Source of the DNA: Catajapyx aquilonaris
Lineage: Eukaryota
Direction: 5' to 3'
NCBI GenBank assembly: GCA_000934665.2
Contig: JYFJ02001033.1
Span: 1-64,000 of the forward strand
Length of the DNA stretch: 64,000 bases
A program made the position numbers and the translations under genes. A model generated the notes under the pieces. That model saw only the letters and a list, made by a program, of their open reading frames with translations, ran no database searches and had not been told where the DNA came from. This document shows, one piece after another, positions 40,501 to 56,014 of the stretch (position 1 is the stretch's first letter; the number at the start of each line of letters is the position of its first letter).

Positions 40501-43404
40501 AGTGACAGTTGACAGCTAGTCCAATTTGCATAAATGCAGTGTGATGAGTTTGAGAATACGATTTCAGTTCTCCTGCACGTGACAGTGCCAATTATTGCAA
40601 ACTGGGTCAGGTCACTAGGTTGTATAGTTGAAGTTGAAGCAAGGGTCAGGCAATTTGCACAAATGAACATGAAACGCCATTTTCCCTCCTTTAATTCACT
40701 TTCTCTCTCCATTAAGTTGTAATTCATTTAAATTATAATTGCTTAGGCCTCACTCTTAATCCATGGTGTGGAAATATACGGTTGCAAAATCACCACATTT
40801 TGTGGCCATTCTCACGCTCTCATTACACAGAATGTGTTTCAATGGCAGCAGTTCCCTGGCTTTACCACAGTATACTGTAACTCAGAGGCGTCAAGTAATA
40901 TTTGCTCCCATTCTTGAATAGTGAAGTGGGCAGGAAAATTAGGGACTGAAGATGTTTGGAAGCAAAGGAATTCAGAGTAAAGCACTGCGAGGTTCTGTTT
41001 CTCGGGCACAATACGAGTATATAAGTGGGTGAAGCCAGTAGATTTGGGATTGGTAGAAAGCAAGTGGCGGATGGATCCGGATGGCCCATTATCTCCGGGA
41101 AACCGCTGCCTAATTGGGACCTCTTTACCCGTTCTAGGGAAGGATGACAGCCTAACAAAAAAAAGAGTGTGAGAGCTGGGCTCGGCACTGAATGAGCTCT
41201 CGGTTTCGTCCGACATGGAAAGCTCATCTCTTGTGCTCTTAAAAAGTAGTGCCAGGAAAGAGATACTCGAATTAATTTCGTATCTTCTAATCGTGCTCTT
41301 TAATTTATCGAAATAGGTTTATTAACTAATTATAATCCCATTAGGTATGATATGAATAAGGTCAATAAATTCAATATTGTTGGGCATTTTTTGTTATTTA
41401 AAAAAAATTGCGCGATGCTCTATGACTGTAATTATATTCCGAGATTTTTTGAAGAAAAAAACTAATCCTGTAGCACTTTTTGTATCTAATAATTATTGGC
41501 TCCAATGCTGAGGGTTGTATGATGCCAGAACATTTGAAATGATTTTAAACACAAGGCACGTAATAGCACCATAAGTATACTGCGAATATAAGCAATAAAT
41601 ATGCAAAAAATGTCATAACGAGATAGTAATTTTAATCAAAGTAGAACGGGTTTTGGTGATGATATTTACCATTTTAAGTGAGCTTTTTACGTATTTTGCA
41701 GATGTTGCTGTTAAACTTTCTGGAAAGGTCCGGCACATTTATTTTCCTTCGTTAAATCCTAGAATTGCCACTAATCCCTGCAAATATATCTTGCATGCCC
41801 TATGTTAATCTCAGATTATTTTTTTTTAGATCCCAATTTGGTTTCGATTACTAGTTGAGTAATGAAAGGCAAAGCCAACTCGCTATCCAAAAAAAGTGCG
41901 ATAGGCCACCATCAAATTATATTCGTTCCTCTAATTAGCCGTTTTTGCACTTTCTACTCGCCCACTCATAATTTTGGTCCTTTTCATTTGCCCGAGAGAA
42001 AACGTCAGAGACGATTTCTTTGATGTCCTCTCAATAGCAGCAGCAGTTGAATATTTATTGCCTTTTTACATCTGCCCCAAAGGTAATCAAAGCCGTGGTC
42101 AAAGCAATGCATGCATTTTAAAAACTCGGTGCAACATACATAATTTTATGATGCTTACCAGTTCCATAGTTGGGGTGCTGGCTGCTATCGTAGTTGTGAA
42201 GCAAGTTTTCAAGAAGACTACTTATGTTACGGCTCAATGCTTCGTCTGCCTTAGGTGACGGGGTTACCTTAGTAATATAGTGACCCTTTGTGGCCTTGTT
42301 AATTCCTGCAGGGTGTTGAGGCGTTGGTCGACGACCCTTTCCCCGAATTTCTTGTGACCTTAGAGCTACCAAAGTTGACCTGCAATACAAATATTGCCCT
42401 TGAAATTATATTGACATAATACACCATACTATGAGAGTACGAATTTTTGCAACATTGTTTCAAAACTCTCATGCGTCATATGCCACACATGTCACAGGGC
42501 AGCCTAAAAAGTTCAAGTATGAACTGCCGCATGATTGGTTTCCCAAAGGGGCACAACAACACCGTAATTCTTGACAAAGCCTCTGCGTCATATTGTAGGT
42601 ATTAATAATGTGATGGATTAAACTGATCGCATCACATGTATATGATGCACTTTGGCGAGCTCTGAAGCCCTGCTCTAACTCGGCTGACAAAAGCTATTTT
42701 CTAAACTCCCTGAAGCATGAGATCTCCATGGTGAAATCGAGTATGCACTCGCCTAGTACATGCGGGCGAGGCGTCACGTTAGAGAAGATATACGGTATCC
42801 TCATAACTAACCCCCGTTCCAAAATAGTTAATCGTTACCAAACTTTGTTGCAAATAAACCTATTCAACAAGCAATTTAAAAGGTCACGCTATTATTGCAA
42901 AAATATAGCAACTTTTTAAATTTACGACCCAGAAGTCTATCAAAATGTCACTTTTTTTGCTTCTAAAAACTTTTCATGTCCATCACAAACTTTTGTGACG
43001 GTCACTTGACAACTCAATCTAAACGTTTAAAGGCAAATGGGGTTAACTCTGACCCATGGCTTGTCCCAAGAGGTGCATCCTCCCCACCAAAAAAGAGCTT
43101 GCAGAATAATGCGATTAAAGACCTTAACTCGATTAATCCATTTCGTTCCCCACCATTCCCATTGAATCCTCCCAGACTTAACTGAAAGCTTTCGCCTCAT
43201 TACTTGAAGAATGACTTTTCTTTTCACCAACTCTTCATCCTCAATCCAAATGTAATCAATCTCTATTTTGCCTGCTCTTGCGATAGACTGACTTTGAAAG
43301 CCACACTTTGTGGACAATCACCCTGAAGATAAGTGCAAAGTTTTGTCAGGTATATATACTTACATACAAATCCAGATGTAAACATGAGTCGACCACATGC
43401 TCAT
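34564..43404 (-). CDS. CG8916: GABA-receptor-family Cys-loop subunit, CG8916-like, at least 10 exons, about 497 aa
   Basis: Exons 43364-43404, 42159-42379, 37905-37972, 37611-37831, 37468-37550, 36753-36887, 36512-36664, 35556-35716, 35257-35379 and 34564-34851 (1494 nt, phase-consistent). Signal [47 protein letters not shown]; Cys-loop [77 protein letters not shown]. Exon 1 and the exon content of the M3-M4 loop are less certain. Confidence 0.88.
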
Positions 43405-46400
43405 TTAACACTGACACCACAGAAGCTGGATAATAATATTTCAAGAGGCGACAATCGGCACTTGGTGCCCAACGCTCTCTGTTGCCCAAATAATTCTAGC
43501 GCGCTGTTTGCCAAAAATTTTCTCTCTTGACGCCGGCGCCTTTTGCTTCCGGCCCTCCTCTTGTGTTGGACCTGACGGTTTGTGTGCTCGGGGTACAATC
43601 GGCTTCAAATCAATATGCAACCAATGAGGGAAAGGCGGACAAGCAAGCAAGCCGCGTGCGGCAAGAAATCCTTCCCGATCCTTGATGGAACTTGATGGAA
43701 TTTTCCTTTCGACGTTATCGGGCTTGAGTGCCAACCAGATCACAAATTCCATTTACGAGCCAATCAGAGGTCAGCTCTAGTCCCACTCAGAAAATTCGCT
43801 TTGGTTATCTCTCATGTCCTGTTACTAATGCGCCTTTGATTTACTTCGAGCATTAACGTCAACAGGGCTGCTGCTGAATCTTGTTCGTTATTTTATTTGA
43901 GTAACTTATACTGTATCTATTTATCGGCGTGTATATTAAGCGAAATATTCTGCAGTGGATTAGAACCATTTACATTTCCTTAATTCTTCGGGAGTAATTT
44001 AACCAGGTCGTTAAAATGCATTAAATCAATTTCGAGAGGTATATAGACTTGGTCTCTCATATTCTCATGATATATTCAATTTGCGTATGGGTAACGATAC
44101 TCGAGCAATGTGGGCCAAGTATAGCGGTTTCAGATTCTTTGGCCTGAGGAATTATTTGCAGGTTTAAAGCATTCGCTGCTGAAGGGGCTTTAATTGGAAT
44201 GGAAAATGATCATAAAAAAGTGCAGTGGGCAAAATTATTAATTGAGTAAACTCTGCAGAAATCTTTACCACATCACACGGTGAATAACGAAACACTCCTA
44301 TATATAGGAGGGGATATGCGTAAGGTATAGGTGTGTGAAAATAATGAAGAAATTAAGCTGACGACTAATTCGCCAATATAAATGGCTTAAAATGCAGAAA
44401 ACTATCAGACACATTTTTGATAATTCCGAGACATGAAGGTTTGACATTTGAAGATTATGCGTATATTCTTGAAGAAATTTCCCCCTACAGGGGGCTGTAT
44501 GTCCATGTCCCTATCAAAAAACTTAATTAACGCCTAACTCAGTTTCGGACAAAATGTGACTGATCGTTCTACATTTCAGACCATCACATTGGTCCTTTAA
44601 GAACGCTTGTACTTTTCAATAATATATGATCTCTCAGAGAGAAGTCATTACATTTTAGTAAATACTTTAAAACCCTAATATTGAGATAATAAAATATAGG
44701 CATTCCTTGATGTCGCAAGTTAGTACTGTAAGTTTTATTCATTTCTTAGTTCATAAAAGAAGTTCGTGACATTGTTACTGTACATTGTGTTAAATACTAT
44801 TTCACACAGTAGGCCTACCATATTATCTGATAATAGCAGCAATGATTGCAGTGCAACAAAATATATGAATCTTTTGATAAAACTGATGTCATGGCAAGAT
44901 ATTTGGAATCGCAGGAGGCAGGGCTCAATTACATGGAAATGTTGAGGTAAATTATTCCTGACGTCGTCAATGTGGCCACCGCCTGTGTCATCCGGTGCAT
45001 TGTATGTTCCTTGTCCTACGAATCGAAATACTCCTCTGTAATCTCCTTAAATGGCGCCTTTTCATTGGTTATCTTCGTAATCATATCCTTGACCGTAGAA
45101 GTGTGCAATTTTTGAAAGGTGAGGCCTTAATTATTTTAGTGTGTCTTAATGTTTTTCTTAACAATTTCCATTACATCACTTAGACCTACACATTTCATAA
45201 ACTGTATAAGTCACATTCCAAGAGAACTCTTTTCAATTTCTTCAGTGAGTTAATTACAACAAATTAATATTCGCTGAATATGGACCTGTTTCACTGTACC
45301 CAACAAGGTTGAAAGAAATATTATGGAAATAGTAGGCCTATACAGGAGTTATAGCGAACGGCTACTGTAATGTTCATCATCCCTCAAATGATAATAATAA
45401 CCTACTCGCTCCATCGTATAAGAGGCGTACTGTAACTTGGCAGACACCCTTAAGATTGAAACCCACATTAGCCACATGACCCGCCAAACCGGATAATGGT
45501 AAGAAGTAAATCCTCGCAGCAGAAGTTAGAAGTTGCTAATTTATGCGACCAACACCGGTGCCTAATGTGATTCAAGGTATTATCGAAATAAGGTGAGCCA
45601 ATGAACCTTGTTAGTACTTATTGATGTGAATACATCGAGGAGCCAAAATTATAATTCTGAATTCTAATTATTTGTTGTGTAAAATGAAGAATGTATTCTC
45701 GAACTATAATTTTACCACTGATTTAGCCGAACCAGTCTATAGTATGTAAGTCTATATGAATTAACCCACAGCACTCAGCATTGAAAACTCGCAAATTTTA
45801 AAGTTGCTGCAATTTATATCATATTCTTAAGGCATAGGTTCCGATCACTGCGCAACTTTTCATTAATTTGCGTCAATTACTTTTTTTTAAATTTACAATT
45901 TATACAAAATGCAACTCCCGGTCTAAAATAATATTCCACTCCAATGGGAATGTTTTATCATTTTGCCAACTGCTTTCGGATTTGCGGATTGCTTTTCATC
46001 TTTCTCTCTCCTTTCGCTCCTCGACTGCAGTGATAGTGTCAAGAAAATCCCGCATTACTTAGCCTAAGTACTGCAAAGTCTGAAACAAATTGAACTCACA
46101 AATATTGCACTTATGCGCTATGATTAAGGTCGATTGTCGATTAAAATTACATCCTACAGGCATATATTATAGCCTACGTAATTATCACACAAGTAGGGCC
46201 TTTAGCAACTAAGCGCTCTTCAAAAATTAGGATTGGAATATGAATTTGCTTTAAGCACAAAGCTGAGCTGCAAATGGCATACGTATATCTCACTTGAAAA
46301 TAATGAAAATGAAATCCACACTTGCGGTTAAAGGAGGGCATCAATTTGATGTTGCATGTAATATCTCATTTTTGGCTATGTTTTTGTTTTGATATGCAAA

Positions 46401-46959
46401 CTGGCACTTCGCACTTAACTCCACACTGCAGTGAAACAACATGTACAATACGTATATTACGTATGTACAATACGTATGTAGCAGAATCGTTCGGTGCCGC
46501 GGGAATTTTTACGCCGTAATAAACAAGTTTTGTCTGTATCGGACAACACTAAATAGGATAGAAAACCGAGGCTCATTACTTTCTCCGAAAGGGCGATTTT
46601 TCTTCCGCGACTTACTGCACCGTACAGGTATACTAATAACTAATAAGTGATCCAAAATATTCTAATCAATAGACTGTAGAGTGTATAGAGTAATTATTTT
46701 TGCTTTTCTAAATGAACATTTTTATATTAAGTTATAGAGTACCGGTACTCAACAAAGCAGCAGCCTTTTGAATCACTTGAACTTAAAATTGCGTATTACA
46801 TGCCCTTATTTGAAACCAGTCGTACACTTTCATTTGAAGTCACAGTTATCTGTTCTTAAAATTCCGAGATGAAGGAGATGGGATGGGCTCACGCTTTGTG
46901 CAAGCCCGAAAACCAATTGGTGTTTCGTAAGGTGAGTACGGAGATATTTTATTTATTAA

Positions 46960-47086
46960 CTTCCTGAGACCTGATGTCCAATACAGTATATTGGACATCA
47001 GCTAAAAAAAAAATTGCGTCAATTTCAGTTGACGTTTTTTTTTTTTTTGCTGATGTCCAATATATTGGACATCAGGTCTCAGGAGG
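46960..47086. mobile_element. piggyBac-like MITE, 127 bp, TTAA duplication
   Basis: TTAA|CTTCCTGAGACCTGATGTCCAATA ... TATTGGACATCAGGTCTCAGGAGG|TTAA (TTAA at 46956-46959 and 47087-47090). Confidence 0.8.
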
Positions 47087-47458
47087 TTAATACAGTACTA
47101 TATCACGTTCTGGTGATATGCTGCTCCTGTCACCACTCATTAAATACAGCACATACCTCAAGCTAGGTAGGGTACTATATAAATACTGGATGCTTACACA
47201 CGTAATATGAGCAGAGTCCCTCAAGCGCAAAATCCAGTTCCAGTTGCATTAATGTAAATTAAGAAAAATCTCTGCTTATCATAATAAGTGATTTTATCTC
47301 GATTTAAGTAGGTGCAATCAACCCGTATAAAGGTCCGTCCGTAATACCCCACCACTACCTGCAATTTGATTTTCCCTCCCTCAGACCCGCCATCTTTGAC
47401 GCAGTCATCCCCCTGGCGGGCATGTTTAATCCGTTTGATTAGAACCTCTTGGTCCGAT

Positions 47459-50954
<3,496 letters not shown>

Positions 50955-52649
50955 TAGCCACAATTTTTCTGGCACGTCTCAGAAGTCCTTTGCAGTGTTG
51001 GGATGTTAGAATGTGGAACATTACAACAAGTCATTTCTGCTACTCATGTAAATGATGTAATAAAATTGTAGATGCACACTAGTAAGTAAGTGGAGTTTAA
51101 TTTCAGGTTGGAGGCAACTATTAATGAGTAATCTGAACACTTTTTTTTTGGTTTGTTTTTCTCATGAAGTGTGCATACTACCTGAATATATTTCCATCCT
51201 ACTTGTAAAGAGTGTGCAAAACTGCAATAAACAATGTGTGTTCTTTTGCTCAAATGAATTATTATTTGTAACCTTTGATAATGATTGTGGGTGGGTTTTT
51301 TTTTTAACCTACTGCTAAGGCTCTGCTAGTATCCTGCTTCTAGCCAGAGTTCCTCGTTAAGCATTATTATGGATCACCAAACAGGTGTGTGACAGGAGGT
51401 CAATGATCTCCCTCTCAACAAAATCTAAGGGAAATTCTTTGGCCAAAGGTTTAAAATAATGATGGAAACATACCACAGTTTACGCAGCACTATTGAGTTC
51501 AAAATCTCACCTGAGAGCCATCATTGTCATCCCTGCTATTAGGCACATGACAAAAATTAATGTTAGCCAGTCCTGGTGGCATGATGCAATGCACCCTGTC
51601 TAATTTGTTCCTAGTGGTTCCAAGTATCAGTCAGAGGCAAAGACAATGATGCAACCTCAAGTATGCAATGAAGGTCGTAAAAGGAATCCTGTTTCTATCC
51701 AAAGCCATCAATGACATCATTCTACTACTTGGCAGAGTAGTTCAGGGAGAATGTTCTGCACATGGCCATCACTGACAAAGATCCGGTCAGGGTCTATTAC
51801 CTGTTGGACAACAGGGATCCCTTGATGCTTGATCCTTTCTGCAAATTTTATACCTGGAAAACTCTATTTTCCTACTGAGGGGCCAAGAAATGGTCTGTTA
51901 TACCCAATGTGAGGGGAAAATGAGTGTTCTAATTCAGTTTAGTTTATATCAGGGGTAAAATACACAGGGTCTTATGGAGGCATGCCGGGACTGGCCTTTA
52001 TAACCAAGTCTAGCGGAAGCTGTTATATCCGTATTCAACTGTAATAAATACAGTACAATGCATTCATCCCAGAGCACCCCCAGATCAGAGAAACAATATG
52101 GCGAGCAATATGGCCAATTTGCAAACAGGAATTGAAGTGGGTAGGTGATGAAGGAAGTGATGACGGAAAAAATGGAGGGGGTGGGGGTGGAACTGCAGGT
52201 GGAATTCTGAGGGTTTGTTTGAACTTTGAACATAGATCCTGACCATCCTACTGCGCATTCGGCCCTTTGAAGAAGAAACCGAATTCCGAATAGTTATTGA
52301 GGGAAAAAATGAAAGCGTATTTTTTTGTGGTTTTAAATTTTTTGCAGAGTTTTGAAGAGGAATTGAGTTTAGCTGTAAATGGTAGGAATACACTTCACGA
52401 CGGTGTGGATCTGTGTTAAAAATTTGGAAACTACCTGCAGCAGAACTTGAGCTAGCGCGAATAAAAAAGCGTAACAACAACAACAACAAGATGTTGGAAA
52501 AATTCATTGTTGAAATCTATGCTACGGTCTTACTGAGGCGCTACCGCCCCTAATTAATAATCTGGGTAGTGCATGACCCCTATCATTACTAATTACACAA
52601 TATATTGGGACCCGAACAACCGCCACAATCTCTTGATAAGTGCTCTGAA

Positions 52650-52882
52650 TTGGTCCACTTTGGCGCCCTTTTCTCTGTCCACCTGGTAACAGTGCGTTCC
52701 AAAAAGGACGCGACGGAGGCTCCATCTGTGGAACGAACTGAGGACAGGGGAACTAAGCGGCTCGTCGCCATTGTTCTATCGGGGGATTCACATTCAGGTG
52801 GCGTTCCGTCTGTTCGGCTGTGTCGAGAAGGGAGTGTCCGCCCCTGTGTGCTAGCTCCGGGTCGACCCTTTGCGTCCATCAG
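52650..52882 (+). other. Putative non-coding first exon of Ubc9 in a CpG-rich promoter region
   Basis: Strong donor CAG|GTGAGT after 52882 and acceptor TTTCCTAG at 53453, 26 nt before the Ubc9 ATG. The 5' boundary is approximate. Confidence 0.55.
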
Positions 52883-53479
52883 GTGAGTATGGGCTTGGGG
52901 GACACCGGGGAACAGGGGGAGTCGGCATTAGGAGGTTAGGGGGGAGGCCATTATGGCGGGATTCTGAGCTTGCCTGACCGAATACGGATATTACGGAACG
53001 TGAAGCGAGTTGGCGGGACCTGCTCTGGCGCCCGCCCGCCCTACGCGGTTTCTTACTGAGGCAGGCGGATAGAACGGCCCCAGACCGCTGCCTGTATGTT
53101 GATAGCTGCTGGATAAGCAGTACTTTGAGCATGTGTCACCTGACAGCATTAATCATGTTCCATGAACAGGGAGACCCTTCTCTTCTAGTGCATACTCTGC
53201 CCCCAGGGATTGTAATGGCAGTTTAGTATATTGCGAAACTAGCAGCAGAGCCTGTTATTCACACTGCCTGTTTCTATGGACATGTAATCAACAACAATCA
53301 TTGCTTTTTAATGGCATTGAGACCCGTTGCCACGGATGCCTCATTGCCACACGGAACATGTTGAAACACGCACCCATGCCATACCAAACAACTTTGTGCA
53401 ACTTTTTAAACAATTTGTTCTTGTTGGTTCACCTTGTATAAATTCTTTCCTAGGTTTGATACTACTGCTTGATTCAAGG

Positions 53480-54571
53480 ATGTCAGGCATTGCCGTGGCA
53501 CGACTTGCGGAGGAGAGGAAGGCCTGGAGGAAGGACCATCCTTTTGTAAGGTGTTTTTGTACCTGGTCTATGTAGGTAACCCCGTTAGCAACTAGCATTA
53601 ATAGTAACTTATCCTTCACAGGGTTTCGTGGCCCGTCCAACAAAGAACCCTGATGGTACTCTGAACCTGATGAACTGGGAGTGTGCTATCCCAGGGAAAA
53701 AGTCGGTAAGTGTTGCATCTGGAAAGGCATGGCCACATCACATGAGGGGTTGTTGAAACCATTTCAGTTAAAAGAGGGGTGGGTCAAGTTCAGTATAATT
53801 GAGGGATTTGTTGCCCATACAAGGACACGGAACGTGGTTCACAGACTGAGCTTTTTAAAAGTCTGGCAAAATATCTCTCGACACATTTTGTTGAAAAACA
53901 TTCAAATTTCACCAACTGAATTTGTATTTGTATGCAAAAGATATTTTTCACAGTTATTTGTTTCTTTCCACCTTGCAGACAGCCTGGGAAGGAGGGCTGT
54001 ATAAGCTGCGCATGATCTTCAAGGATGATTATCCATCCACTCCTCCCAAGTGCAAGTTTGAGCCCCCCTTGTTCCATCCGAATGTGTACCCATCTGGAAC
54101 GGTGTGCTTGTCCCTACTGGATGAGGAGAAGGACTGGAGACCAGCTATCACCATAAAGCAGATCTTGCTGGGCATCCAGGATCTGCTGAACGAACCCAAC
54201 GTCAAGGACCCAGCTCAGGCTGAGGCCTATACCATCTACTGGTATGTACTGTACCAACTGTGTTGTAATGTGCTTGGAATGGTGGAACTTTAGTGACTCT
54301 AGTTATTAGTCATCCTAGACGACCCCGAGTGACCAAAGAATGGGAAACTATTGGGAAAGTCAGTCACTTTCATAGTTTTATCCATCTACGTACCTTCACA
54401 TTGCCCTCACATTTGTATGGAGAGAGCATTACATATGTGAACAAATAAGCAACTGACATGCCATAACACCTTTCTTAATGATTAATGGTTTTCTCCCACA
54501 GCCAAAACCGTGTGGAATATGACAAGAGAGTGCGTGCTCAGGCCAAGGCGATGGCTTCGCCAGACCAGTAA
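53480..54571 (+). CDS. Ubc9: SUMO-conjugating enzyme Ubc9 (UBE2I/lesswright), 4 exons, 160 aa
   Basis: Exons 53480-53545, 53622-53705, 53979-54241 and 54502-54571. [82 protein letters not shown] at 54811. Confidence 0.98.
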
Positions 54572-55218
54572 GGAGTTGTAATTTTCAGTTGTTGTTGTTT
54601 TTTTTTCCCAACAAGCCCTGCAGTCAGAACAGCAGAAGTGTGGATGGTGGTGAAAGACATTTTGCATTCCTTTTTTTCTGCTGGAGTTTCATACAAATTT
54701 GCCCCAGAGGGTGAAAGTTTCTTGGATCTTCATGTCATGATATTTTTTTCTGTTCAGGTAGTTTAGTTATTTTCTTAGTGAATTTCAAGTTGAAACATGT
54801 GTGATGTCAAAATAAAATTTAGCCTACAGATTAAGCATGTCAATGATCCTGTGGTGATACTGGAGCAGCGTTATATGGACTAGGTATGTTGCTAAACTCA
54901 GCTGCAGTGAAATCAGCAGCTGTCATCACTGCTGAGTTGGAGTGCTATTGGACCTTGTGCAGTCACAGAATGGGGGCCAATGGCATGTGTTGCCCTAAAT
55001 AAAACCTTTGGTTCAGTTAACGTTGGGGTCGGGGTGGTATTGCCTCCCCTCCCCTCCAACGTCACAGGTGCTTGGCGCAGTATAGCCATTGCTGCTGTTG
55101 CGCCATTAAACCTTCAATCAATCAATCATGTGTTGCCCAAACAATTAACAATTTTAATCATGTTCAGAATTCACAATGGGTGACTCCATCCCTACACTGA
55201 TTGACTCATCACCTCGGT

Positions 55219-55262
55219 CAGGGCTATTCAATTGGCGGGCCGCGGTCTGCATCCGGACTGCG
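55219..55262 (+). mobile_element. hAT-like transposon terminal fragment
   Basis: CAGGGCTATTCAATTGGCGGGCCGCGGTCTGCATCCGG resembles common hAT/Charlie-type MITE ends. No partner end found. Confidence 0.35.
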
Positions 55263-56014
55263 ACGATATACAGGACAGTTTGAAATAGCATTAGAAATTA
55301 CTAATTCCCGATTTTTTGGAAAAAGTGCTACCAATTTCCTCAAATACACACCAGTTCAAATCTCCCACATTCACCTAGCTCGGGTGACCTTGGACCCCCA
55401 AAAAATATTCCTCCTGCGGCGGGCTTGCTCCCCACCCTTTATGGCTTGTTCACCTTGTGCCTACGAAATTGCTCCCCTTCTGAAAATTTTTCTGCCTACG
55501 TGCCTGTACAGGACATCATAGAGGGTGAAAATGTCCTAATTATACACTACAGATTCACTCTCTTTAGCTGTCAGAGGTTGGTGACGGAGGCGAGACACGG
55601 GCCAGTTATGGCGCCCAGGTGGACTTTGTGTGGTGACACATCCTGAGAGTGGCAGTAGAGTGCAGAGAGGGAGCCCATGTGCCAACTGGTAATGGCATAT
55701 TGTACTACATCCGAGTGGGGGACAGGCCAGGCAGTGTTGCCAATTTTGGGCTTTGCTCAATGGTGCATATTTTTGTAGTCATTTACAATGGTATACCTTA
55801 TGGCTTATAACATCACGTTTTCAATGAATGCATTGTGTCTGAGCTAAAACAGTTTTGAAGACTGTAGTCTTTATACCCACTCTCATGAATGTGTAGGTTT
55901 TGCTTGTCTTCAAGGAAGTACGAGTCACAATTTGCATATTCCAAATGCCTATTTATTTAAAAATAAACTTTTATCGTAGTGTTTACTTCATGGAACACTG
56001 TATAATTATCTTGA

